Shown piece after piece: positions 1 to 12,080 of a stretch of 64,000 nucleotides of DNA (positions are counted from its first letter, which is position 1; every line of letters begins with the position of its first letter). Where the stretch lies: assembly GCA_951406725.2 (NCBI GenBank), contig OX597819.1, positions 2,728,001 through 2,792,000 of the forward strand, read 5' to 3'. Below the pieces are notes generated by a model. It made no database searches. It saw only the letters and a list, made by a program, of their open reading frames with translations, and was not told the DNA's origin. Origin of the DNA: Octopus vulgaris (lineage: Eukaryota). The position numbers and the translations under genes are program-made.

Positions 1-2958
1 TACAGCAGCTAACCTAGCTCCATCAAACTCAAACTCACAGATGGGACTATCCACAATACACAAGACCACCACAGCAAATAGACCCAAGGTGGACACCAAT
101 GGCAACAACACACACATCACCTCGATGCTCCTACTGAACATCAGAGGACTGCTAACACTCAGTAACAGGACAAAAATCCCGTTCTTGAGAGACCTTGTTG
201 CATGCAATCAAGCCTTATGCATAGCACTTACGGAAACACACCTGAAACTAGATAGAGCAGATGCGGAAATACACATACCACAGTATGTTGTATGACGGAC
301 CGACAGAAAAGAAAGGAGTCATGGTGGAGTTGCTGTGTATATCCGCGAGGACCTCACACCCCAGGTCCTTTTGTCATACTCAAACTCGGTGTGTGACACA
401 CTAATTGTACATATAAGGCAACTTGGTGTAGTTGTGTGTGCTACATATCGCCCTCCAGATGCCCCAAGCCATGTAGGCAAGTTTGAAGACTGCCTTACAA
501 AAATAGAAGTTCTAGTCACATTAGAACAACACAAAAACCTCATCAACACTCTGTACATGGAGCAAGTAATACTCCAACCAACCAGGGCAGGTAACATACT
601 GGATCTCTGCTTCACAAATAATATAGATCTCATCCATAATGTGAAAGTGACACCGACACTACTCTCAGATCACAACATGGTAGAGCTGACCATGTACGGG
701 CCAAAGGAAAGCATGGACATGCAGCCTACAAGAAACTCTCAGAATCTTTCCAGCTTGAACTTCCATAAGGCAAACTGGAAACAAATTGAGAAAGAGATCC
801 TCAAACAAAACTGGCCTAAATGTCTCTCCTCACCAGACATCGACATGAAACTTCAACAATTCATGTCTGTAATGCAAGCCATATGCTACAAATGTGTCCC
901 AGAGAGAAAGGCCACTGTACACAAGAACAAAATCCCCAGAGAGAAGAAAATTCTTATGAGACAGCATACAAAAGTTTCAAATCACCTAAACAAACAGATT
1001 GAAAGAAGTGAAAAGTCCCGCCTGAAAATAAAACTGTTGGAAATTGAAAAATGTCTGCAACTCTCCCATGAAAAAGAAAGAGCAGACAAAGAAGCCTGGG
1101 CTATAGACAACATAAATTCTAACCCCAGAGCTTTCTACAGGTATGCCAAAGAAACAGCTACGGTGCACTGTAGGATAGGGCCACTCCTTGAAAAAGATGG
1201 TACGCTCACAGGAAATCCAATGAGGATAACTGAAATACTAAATGAGCAATTCAAAAGTATTTTCACTCCACCCCTTGGGCATTTTCAAGTCAGCAATCCA
1301 ACTGACTTCTTTACCACTGCAGATATAAAATCAGAGGCAACGATGATTGATTACATCAATAAAAAGGAAGACAATGTAATAAGGGCTATAGATGAAATGA
1401 ACCCAAACTCAGCTACTGGCCCCGATGGATTCCCAGCAATCCTTCTAAAAGTATGTAAGAGAGTCCTAGCAAGACAACTGCTGTTCCTCTTTCAGAGCTT
1501 CCTTGCAACTGGCAAACTTCCAAGAAAACTGAAGGAAAGTAAAATATGGCCTATTCATAAAGGAGGTAGCAGAGCAGAGGCCAAGAACTACAGACCTATC
1601 TCTCTGACCTCACACATCAGCAAGGTCATGGAATGAAAAGTCAGAAGGAAACTAATCGCCTTCCTTGAAGAAAATGACTTGCTGCCTGACACCCAACATG
1701 GTTTCCGACCAGGAAGAAGCTGCCTAACTCAGCTCCTACAACACTATGACTGGGTGCTGAAACGACTGCTCAACCACTTAAATGTGGAAGTGATATATCT
1801 CGACTTTGCAAAGGCCTTTAATAAAGTCGATCATGGAATGATATGTCATAAACTGTGTGATCTTGGCATAGTTGGAAAATTGGGAGAATGGCTTCATGAC
1901 TTTCTGAAGGATAGTGAGCGGTGTTCCGCAAGGCACTGTTTTGGGACCACTACTGTTCATAATGGTCCTCTCAGACATGCCCTCAGCCATGCAGAGAGCC
2001 ACGATCACAAGTTATGCAGATGATACAAAAGTTTCACAGGCAATACAGAACCCTGAAGACACTATGCACCTGCAATGTGAGCTGGACAAAATATACAAGT
2101 GGGCTGAAAAGAATAGCATGCAGTTCAATGCTGAAAAGTTTCAAGCTTTATGCTATCAGCATGCAAAACTAAATGCAATACCCAATAAATACACTGGACC
2201 TGGAGGGATTGCAATCCCAGAGGCACAATCAGTGCGAGACCTGGGTATTTACATGAGTGATGATGCAACCTTTCATGTGCATGTTGCTAAATTGGCAATG
2301 AAATGTAGGTGGCTGACAGGATAGATTCTTAGAGCTTTTAGAACAAGAGACCAGGAAACCATGATGGTCCTCTGGAGGACACTTGTCCTAAGCCACTTAG
2401 ACTATTGCTCTCAGCTATGGTCACCAACCAGTGTCAAGTTGATCACAGAACTTGAGGCAATCCAACGAAGCTACACGAAGAAGATAGCCTCTGTGCAGCA
2501 TATAAGCTATTGGGAAAGACTCAAGAGATTAACACTCTATTCCTTAGAGCGTAGGTAAGAAAGATATGTCATAATATACATCTGGAAGATGCTGGAAGGA
2601 CCTGTCTCAAACTTTGGCATCGAGAGTTACACAAATACTAGAACTGGGCACCACTGCAGAGTGCCAAGGACTCCAAATTTGCCATCAAGATGTAGGACAA
2701 GATACTGTGATAGCCTGGGCTTCAGAGGTCCACAGCTCTTCAATATCCTCCCGAAGGACCTGAGAGATCTGCATGGGGTGGATGCAGATGAACCAACTTC
2801 ACAGCAGGAGGTGCAGATGAGGGCAGCTGCATCGAACTCTCTCATGCACCAAATGGCAATTGCTAAAAAGCATTCGTGAAGTGAAATCATATAGCAACAC
2901 CGAATGGCGATGCCCCAGCATGGCCACAGCTCGTGAGCTGAAACTAGATAAAAATAAA
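1..2958 (+). mobile_element. CR1/L2-group LINE, degraded ORF2 (APE endonuclease + RT) with 3' tail
   Basis: APE motifs ALTETHL, GGVAVY, YRPP, LDLCFTN, SDH. RT motifs NYRPISLTS, QHGFRPGRSC, YLDFAKAF, SGVPQGTVLGP, YADD. Stops, frameshifts and internal deletions. Ends in a hairpin plus A-rich tail next to (TA)n. Confidence 0.93.
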
Positions 2959-2973
2959 AAATTTTTTAAAATA

Positions 2974-3022
<49 letters not shown>

Positions 3023-3109
3023 GAAATGAGGTACTCAGAAAATCGGATGGTTTATATTTACAGATATTTATTGATATATATACATATGTGTGTGTGCAGG
3101 TGTGTGTAT

Positions 3110-3154
<45 letters not shown>

Positions 3155-3332
3155 TAGATATATAAATATGTAGATAGATGTATACATATATATATTTATA
3201 TAGCGATATAGATAGATATATATATATATATAGATAGATATATACATATATATATATAGATAGGTCAGTATTTCTAAACTCATAGTTATTTCGATCTTGA
3301 AAGGATGGACTTGGTGCAAACATAACTGTATC

Positions 3333-3363
<31 letters not shown>

Positions 3364-3715
3364 ATTAATAGTAATTTTTATTAACTTTTATAGCTTTATA
3401 ATTTTATGAACTGAACCATGGTTTTAATTATTATTTTTCATCTTCCTATGTGTTAGTTTTTTTTTTTGTTTTTGTTTTTTTTTAAACTATTAGCCAAATA
3501 TGTATAATATCGGTGCTTATTTATATTAATATATACACTGATATATATTTTGTTTTATTTTGTTCTGTTTACCTTCCATTATTGTACCAATGAGTATTAT
3601 ATTATATAAGTGTAGCATTATGAAGTTTATGTATAAGTTTTTATATTTTACATTTTTATATTTTTATATTTATATGTATATGGTTAAATAATCTTTTTCA
3701 CAATTATAACAAATC

Positions 3716-3832
3716 TAATTCTCTGAAGAGGCCGTGGGGCATCCTTGTTAATGCCTCATTTATACCTGCCTTTATGGCTTATAGGTTAAATGAGGTATGA
3801 CTGCCCTCACTGCCGAAACAGCTGTCAGATTT
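3716..3832 (+). ncRNA. Type I hammerhead ribozyme motif with long stem II
   Basis: TCT-CTGAAGA (3723-3729), long hairpin (GGCCGTGGGGCA...CCTCATTTA...TAAATGAGG...TGCCCTCACTGCC), GAAAC-AGCT-GTC (3815-3826), AGA. Stem III ACAGCTGT is palindromic. Confidence 0.75.
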
Positions 3833-4227
3833 GATTTAATTACATATTATATTTGAAATTTTATACTTATATCTCTTTGTCTATTTACTCTTACTGTATA
3901 TTTTGTATAATGCCTTTACTGATATGTAATGGTGTATTAAAGTATTGATTGGGTATCATCAGATAGTTGATGTTTTATTGATTTAAGTATGTTTCTCCAT
4001 TCTCTAATTTTGTAGTATTAATTTACGGTAATATTATTACCTTTACCCATATAATACAATAGATGAACTGATTGTTTGGCAATTTTTAACATCTATGTAT
4101 TAGTCTTGTTGGGTACCTATCTAGCAGTATATTGGATATATATTATCCCATGGTGGGTTGAATTTTCAACCCCTATCTCATTTTATAACCGATAGATAGA
4201 TATATACACATATATATATATATATAC

Positions 4228-4270
<43 letters not shown>

Positions 4271-4840
4271 TATAGATAGATAGAGACAGAGAGAGAGATA
4301 TATACATATATATAGGATAGATACATAATACAAACATATATATACATACAAACATATACATACATACATACAAACATACATACATATATACAAACATATG
4401 TACATACATACATTTTTTTTATAAATAGTGAATATACCAGTATAGTTTTATATAAGCTAAGTATGAATTTATAGAGATACAAAAATTAGATTGATTTTAT
4501 AAATAAAGTCTAATTATAAAATAATAAAGAAATAAAATAAAATAATCAAGTAGAGCAGAACACCATAGAAAAGGAAATAAAATAGCTTAGTCACTAAAAC
4601 TATGGTAAAGTATATGTAGCTTATTAACACCAATAGAAAAGACTTATAGAAAAAGTACAATAATTCAAAATATATTAGACTAAAAATTATGTATTTACTT
4701 ATTTAGCTAATATCAATAAAAGACTGATGTCTGGTATCATCTAAAGGAATATTTAAATTATGGAACAATCATATTTTACACTAATCATTTTTTTTAAACT
4801 AAGGGTTAAATTATAGGTTTAAAAAGTTATTATTGTTACT

Positions 4841-4879
<39 letters not shown>

Positions 4880-5104
4880 GGAGATGTACTTGCATAGCAA
4901 GTGACCTGATCTGAGATTGTATGCTGGAACGAAAACAATTGCAGTGTGGAAGGTGTTTATAAGCCATTTAAGAAACACACAAAAACCGTTAGATTCACTT
5001 CAACATTTAAATTTAATTTGTCAAAATATTTTGTCGCTTTGAGACCATGACCTGTTCACTGATATGCAGCACAGAGTTTTGTCAGTGAACAGGTCGTGGT
5101 CTCT

Positions 5105-6330
5105 ACACTGAGCAATATAAACTCCAATATTCAATTTACAATGGAATATAGCAAGGAACAGCTTCTATTGCTAAACATTTTGATTATTAAAAAAATCCAA
5201 CAACCCAATTGCAACTGACATCTACTACAAACCAACAGACTCAAAACAGTATCTCCTTTCCAGTTCATGCCACCCTAAACACACCAAAATAAATATCCCA
5301 TTCAATCTAGCTAAAATGCACAATTGTATCTGACGCAACCACTTCACATACAAGACCTCAAAATAACACTCATTGAATGACAATACCCATCCACACTTAT
5401 AGACCATGGAATTAAACGTGCCAAGAAATTGGACACAAACACACTAAGGACAACAAAACACCACACCTCACTTTAAATCACTCCCATACATAATAACCCA
5501 AAACCCCAGAAGCAATGAAGCATACAACACAATTATACAAATCTCCCTCTGCTCACTCAAGACCCAAAAATGAACAACATCCTAAATACACATAAACTCC
5601 TCAAATGCAAACGACAACACAAATCACTCAAGAGACTCCTAACAAATGCAAAATTATTCTCAATACATACGAAACCAACAGTTAAAAAATGCAGACGACC
5701 TAATTATGGCACATGCCCATACCTAACTGGAGGCTCAGAATTCATATTCCAGCAAGGAGAAAAATTCTCAATTAAGACCAACTTCACATGTGCTTCCCAG
5801 AACCTTATCTATGTCCTAACCTGCTCAGGTTGTGGCCACAATCATGTGGGCCAAACCAGCCTTACTTTGAGACGCAGAGTCACACTGCATAAAGAACAGA
5901 TTCGTTTTCCTCAATATAGGCAGATAACCCTGAGTGAACATAACCACAGATGCGCACGATATAAAATGCTGAATTTCCATGACTTTCCATTATACCAATG
6001 TAAAGATTCAATCTCTTTACAAGAATGCCTAAACAAGGAAAACTTGTTCATACAAAACTGCAGACTACACAATAATATACAAACTTGACCACTTCAAAAA
6101 TTATACTGAGGTGTTAGTTGTCCCCTTTGCCACCTGTTACCTCCCACGGTCCACTTCTAGACTCATTCTTATTTTTCAAGCATCCAAATGGCAAGACCTC
6201 TTTGTCACAAGAATTGATTACTTCACAATGTCCCTTGAAAAGCTAATTTAAATAGTAAAAACCGGTTGGATATCACTACATCCATAGAATATGCATGTAT
6301 ATATTTTTTTTAATTTCTTTACAAAAAGAT
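5105..6330 (+). mobile_element. Penelope-like element, 5'-truncated (RT C-terminus + GIY-YIG endonuclease)
   Basis: DIYYKPTDSKQYL/SSCHPKH RT-thumb motif. ORF 5570-6088 has a Cys linker and NLIYVLTCSGCGHNHVGQT (GIY-YIG). Degenerate hammerhead-like motif at 6229-6272. Confidence 0.85.
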
Positions 6331-6734
6331 ATAAAACTGTGAAATGAAGGCAATCTTCTTCCACTTTTTATATGTTTTCCACATATTTTCAACCTATATA
6401 TACATATAGATAGATATATATGCATATATATATATGCATATATATATACATATTTAATTTAAATAATTTGGGAAACTGAATTTCCAAATCAATCAGGTAC
6501 AGCCCTTCATCATTATATGCAGATGCATATCGCACCTTGGGGTATTATTTATCATATATTTATATATTTATGTAGAAATATTTATGTAGAATATCTAATA
6601 AAAGTCAATAATAATTCAGTTTTGGGGATTAATAAATATGCAGGTATTCTATTTCAGATAATACAAAAAAAATAATCTAATGAGTATATCTGAAAGTAAA
6701 GTCATGTTATCCATTTGCACATCATGAAATAATA

Positions 6735-8150
6735 CTTAAAGGACATAACCAGATGGCAACTTGTCTCCCATGCAGCCTGCCATCACATCCTGTACATCCA
6801 CGGATGTGATGGGTCCTTCACAACACTCCTGCCTCTCTTGTCAAGAGTTGTGGCAAGCCATGCAGGTAGGCACTAAAGTCTACTCTGCGTTCTGACCCAC
6901 CAGTTGTACCGAACAGTCAGGCAAAGTGCTGTTGAAAGACCTCACACATTCTTTTGGGCTCAAATAATTCGTACCCATGTTCATCTGTCAGAGATCTAAT
7001 GGTGGCTTTGTTACCTCATTGTGCCTCCACCACTAGGGCTTCTCAGAGCATGCATCCTAGCTCTGACAATGCATCCTTCGTGTTTGGTGTTAAAATGTTG
7101 GTTGAGGGCCAACCTCGCCACCAGCATGTTGGATGTGATGTCACTTCTATGTGCCTCTTCTAATTTCTTAACTAGGTCTCCCTCTATTCTATTTCCATCT
7201 ATAGCTAGAGCCTTACTACACCTAGCCAATTCTGATTTAATTGCTTTATTTAGGGCATACCACCATCTACTGTTGATGATGGCACCCGTCAATGCCCTCT
7301 TAACTAATGTGCTAATCTGGTCCCTGTAAGCTTGGTGCACTATGAACAACGCATTCAGCTTCCAGTAACCAGGACCCTGACTATGACTCTTATCTAAATC
7401 AAGCGTTCAGGTCACAAATTTGTGATCTGTGTAGCTTACTATATGAAATTGTGGACAACCTACACTATCCCTATCCACTGTCCTACAGAATACTCAATCT
7501 AAATACAATCTGGACGTCCCGATGCATTTGTTCCATGTCCACATTGGTACATTCAGGTGGTCCAGTCGGTACCTGTCAGACAGTTAGAAACGTCTGAGCA
7601 GGTCTTTGAAGCATTTACATTCCCTCCTATTCCTATCTCTACCCAAGTAGTCTAGATGTGTGTCAAAGGTAGCATTCCAATCCCCCACTAAAAGTAAAGG
7701 TTGAGACGTTCCCAAAAAAACCTCTAGACATCAAAAGAAATCCAGCCAACCTGTTAAGGACGGTGCATAAATTGTTATCAGTCAAAAGACACACACATTA
7801 CTGCCATCGACATCAAAGACAACCAGCCTACCCTCCAGGTCTAGGAATATTGCTCTTACTTTGAGGTCCAGACTCTTCCAAAAAAGCACCATGGTACCAC
7901 CTCTGTCCATTCTCGGCAGACATGGAGAGAAATAAAAGTTGAATTGCCTGCCAAACATGTGCTGGAGGGCCCGCAGGTTGTGGAGTCTGATCTTACTGAT
8001 GGCTATCATATGTACATTCTGTGACTTGATGTCATTTAAAAGGTAGCCTTGCTTCCAAGGCGACCCCAAGCCACACACATTTATACAACCTGTTCTGAGC
8101 ATGTTTCTATTGAAAGTTGTGCTTTACACACGAAAGGAAGATGAAAAGAA
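6735..8150 (-). mobile_element. Tx1/L1-like LINE ORF2 N-terminal remnant
   Basis: ORF 7782-8102 (CINVCGL..., DLEGRLVVFD) is an APE N-terminus. Downstream YAP, GDWNA and GPGYWKLN-like motifs lie in broken frames, with a GCIVRAR motif. Confidence 0.75.
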
Positions 8151-9072
8151 TGAGAGAGAGAGAGTCACTGTTCGAAAGTTGCTTGTCCTTCACCTCACAA
8201 TTTTCTCTCAGAAGCATTTTATATAATTTTTAGATAGGTATTGCATCCAGGTAGAGAGATTTCAGTGTATTGTGTATGTTTTGTATGACATGTATGATTT
8301 TAATGTGTTGTGGCGCAGGTGTGTGTAGGTGATTATTAGTTTTGGCATCGTTTTCTGTTATGTTGGTCTTTGACCTTTGTATTGCTTTAGATCTGAATTG
8401 TTAGTGTTTATAGCGGTCAACATTTCAGCTTCCCCTAACTTTGCCTTCGGTAGCGACGGAAAGTCAAAAAGAGGAACGCTGGCTTCTTTGTTAGATTTAG
8501 CCATTTTCTAAGTGAAAATGATCACAAAAAAATGCCCAAGAAAATTTTAAATTTTGAAAATTCACCCTCAAGGGGGTGAATTTCCTATTAAAAGATTTGC
8601 TTAGGTCAAAGCAGATGTTAAACAACTCTTTGACAAAAAAATATTTAAAAACATACAGTTCTTTGTATACAAATAAATCAAACTTATGAGGAGTCAATCT
8701 GTCAACAATCATCCAAATACAACATACACAGACAGACAGAGACAAACAGACATATCGATAGATATATGAAGTTGTCAACGATTCAATAAAGTGCTCAATA
8801 TTTATAACTATATAAAGTTTCATCATGCATATATTAGTAATTGCTTGATAAACTAGTCACCCAAGAAAACTCTAGAACAGTAACCAGATGATTCAACCAA
8901 AATAAACTACTGAACCCTACCATGGTATATAAGTACTCTTTTTCCCACTCATTATTACACACACACACACACACACATACACACACACACACAGACCAAC
9001 ACACATTATATCTTTATATGTCTATATATATATATATATCTTTATATGTCTACATATATATATATATATATA

Positions 9073-10302
9073 TATCACGTCATCCCATAACTTCTATATC
9101 ATTTTACCTTTTTTAAAATTCAATGAAATTTAATAGTATTTTAGAATATCTAATGGAATTAAAAATTATTTTTATGCATTTGTGTACGTTTAAACTAATT
9201 AAATATTATTTTTGCAGAATAATAGAATTAAAATTTCTTTGATTAAAACCCTTTCTAACATGGAAGTATCCAAAGAACATTTAAGACACATAATGTTTAA
9301 TGAGTTCAAAAAAGGAAACTCTGTAGCCGAATTGACTCGAAACATACACTCCGTTTATGGGAAAGAATGCTTGAATGAAAGAACTTGCAGCAGATGGTTT
9401 GCAAAATTCAGAAGTGGAGATTTCAGCCTTGAAGACGAAGATCGAACAGGAAATCCAGTTGAGTTTCATGATAAGCTCCTTGAGGCATTACTTGAAGAAA
9501 ATCCTGCATTATCAGTTGAAGAATTGGCAATAAAGCTTAGTTAAAACCATACAACTTGGAATGGTTCCTAAACTTGGAAAATGGGTGCCTCATGAACTGT
9601 CTGAAAGCAACTGCAAATCCCAAGTTGACATCTACTCTTCTCTCCATTCTCGTGAACTCATTTCACCCTTTTTGGATAGACTTGTGACTGGTGACGGAAA
9701 ATGGATCTTTTATTGAAATACTAAACATCATAAACATTGACTTGGTAAAAGGGAAAAGGCTCAACCACAACCAAGGAGGGAACTTCTCTCTATCTAGTGG
9801 GAGTGCAAAGGAGTAATTCACTTTGAATTGTTACCACCTAATGCAACAATCAATGCTCAAGTCTATTGTCAGCAATTAGAGCGTTTGAACTAAGATTTGA
9901 AGAAAAAAAACCCACTTTAGTGAATCGAAAAGGAGTGATGTTTCATCAGAGCAATGCACACCCCACACTGCAAAGATCACACCACAGAAGATCGAAGAGT
10001 TTGGTTGGGAAAAAATTCCTCATCCACCTTCTCCTCCCGACCTTGCTCCTTCAGACTACCATTTGTTTTGTAGTTTACAGAATCATTTGGGGGACATAAC
10101 TTTTGTAAGCCAGGAGGAAGTCGAAACTGACATTTCAGAGTTCTTCGCTTTGAAACCATTGATGGGATTAAAAAGCTTGTAAATAGATGGAAGGAAGTCA
10201 TAGATAATCAGGGAAAGAACATTAATGATTAAATTTCAATTAAATATAACATTTGATCACTTGTTTTCTTTATTCAAAATTCGAACAGAACGTATGGGAT
10301 GA

Positions 10303-10309
<7 letters not shown>
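9073..10309 (+). mobile_element. mariner (DD34D-type) DNA transposon, full length, pseudogenised
   Basis: TIRs TATCACGTCATCCCATAACTTCT / AGAACGTATGGGATGATCTGATA. Transposase HTH (RWFAKFRSGDFSLEDEDR), WVPHEL, TGDGKW and SPDLAPSDY motifs with frameshifts. Inserted in (TA)n. Confidence 0.92.
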
Positions 10310-10342
<33 letters not shown>

Positions 10343-10396
10343 AATTCAGACAGAACTTATGGGATGACCTGACTGACTGACTCACACACACATATA

Positions 10397-11185
10397 CAGG
10401 TGCAGTGAATAAACTGTCATGTAAATTACACAAAAATGAAAACAACACATTTTAACAGATATGTTTACCAAAATTACATAGAAATATATTGAAATACTAA
10501 AGAGTAAATTTATTCAATAAAATTGCCATTGGCTTCAACTACAGCCTTGAGACGACTTTGGAATCTTCTGCAACTCTTCTGGATGGTCTCCTTGTTTAAG
10601 TTGGTGAATGCTGCCATAATCCTTGCCTTCAGCTCCTCTTTGGTGTTACAAGAAGTTTTGTTGGTCTCTTGCTCAGCTGTGCCCCACACATAATAATCAA
10701 GGGGGTTGCAGTCTGGGAAGTTAGGTGGCCAGATGTTAGGAGTGATGTGGTCGCAGAATTTGTCTGCCAGCCATAACTGGGTTCTCCTGCTTGTGTGACA
10801 TGATGCAGAGTCCTGTTGCCAGACATAAGGTCTTCCAGCAGCCACCCTCTTGACCCAGGGCAGCACTACCTCCTCCAGGCACTTGATGTAGGCCCCCATG
10901 TTGAGTCTGAGGCCATGTGGGAAGATGAATGGAGGCATAACATCGCCATCACTAGAAATCTCTCCAAACACCATGATGTCGTCTGGAAGTTTGATTTTTA
11001 TCACTCTCGGTACATGTCCTCAGATTGCACAGTCTTCAAATTGACACCCAAACACTCTGAAATTCTCATATTGGAGCTTCCAGCACGACCGCCAAGTAGT
11101 ACAGCACATTGTTTCCAAATTTCTGTCATCCTTACCACTAGATTTATCTCCTCCACAGCAAAGACAGAGATATTGGGAAATGTGT
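10397..11185 (-). mobile_element. Tc1/mariner DD37D (maT-type) transposon remnant
   Basis: ORF 10510-11004 has WQQD-37aa-D (NPLDYYVWG). A TA-CAGG terminus is at 10395-10400. The N-terminal part is deleted. Confidence 0.85.
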
Positions 11186-12080
11186 AACCCCAATATCTCT
11201 ATAAATTTTCATTGTGCAAGCATCCTCTCTTGCTACATAGATCATAGGTCTTGGATCTCAGGAGTGGTTTATCATCATTGCAGTGGTCACAGCATCATAC
11301 ACATCTACGATAATGAACTACTCCCACTCATAACAATACAAGTGTAACATTGGTTGGTAGCAATTGCAATTCTCTATTCATCCACACGGAAATATTCCCC
11401 AAAAGAAAGAATAAGTGAGCAAAAAAGGAACACATGCAAATTATGCTCACCAAATCACACTCACCTGGCCTCACACACCTTTAATTTTCCCACTCGCTGC
11501 CATTTAAACACCACATCAAAGATGGCCTCCAATTTTTATCAATGATGCAACTGTTGCGGACCATTTATTCTCCACCCTTTCATTTTGACACCCACCTCAT
11601 CTTTTGGATTTCATCAATTGGTTCGACTCACTGCTTTGACTTACTGAATTTTTTCAGCTTCGTGATGCCAGCTCATTTACACCAGCTTGACTCTGCTTCA
11701 TTTTACAGCACTGAACAAAGCTCATGTTACAGCGTCTTTCCTTGCACCCTGTGTCTCTGATGTAAAACTTCAGCTTCTAAAATTGCATCAGACACAGCAA
11801 GCACTGCTGTAATTTCTACTCTTACTCAGCTGCCATTTTGACACTTTCAGGCATCTTGCATCCTTCAAACAATCTTTATATGGACTGACCCTTTTCTGCC
11901 TTTTTACTGTCTAACATCTTTATTCTTTCGCTTTTCACCACACATACCCACTGCTTCGGATATTTTTGCCTCACTGAAATTGTTGTTTGCATGCCTCTTT
12001 GCTTCTTGAATTCACGTTGCTTTCATTTTACCTTTTCATGTATGTTTTGTGTTGTCAAATCCCTTGACAGATTCTGCATT

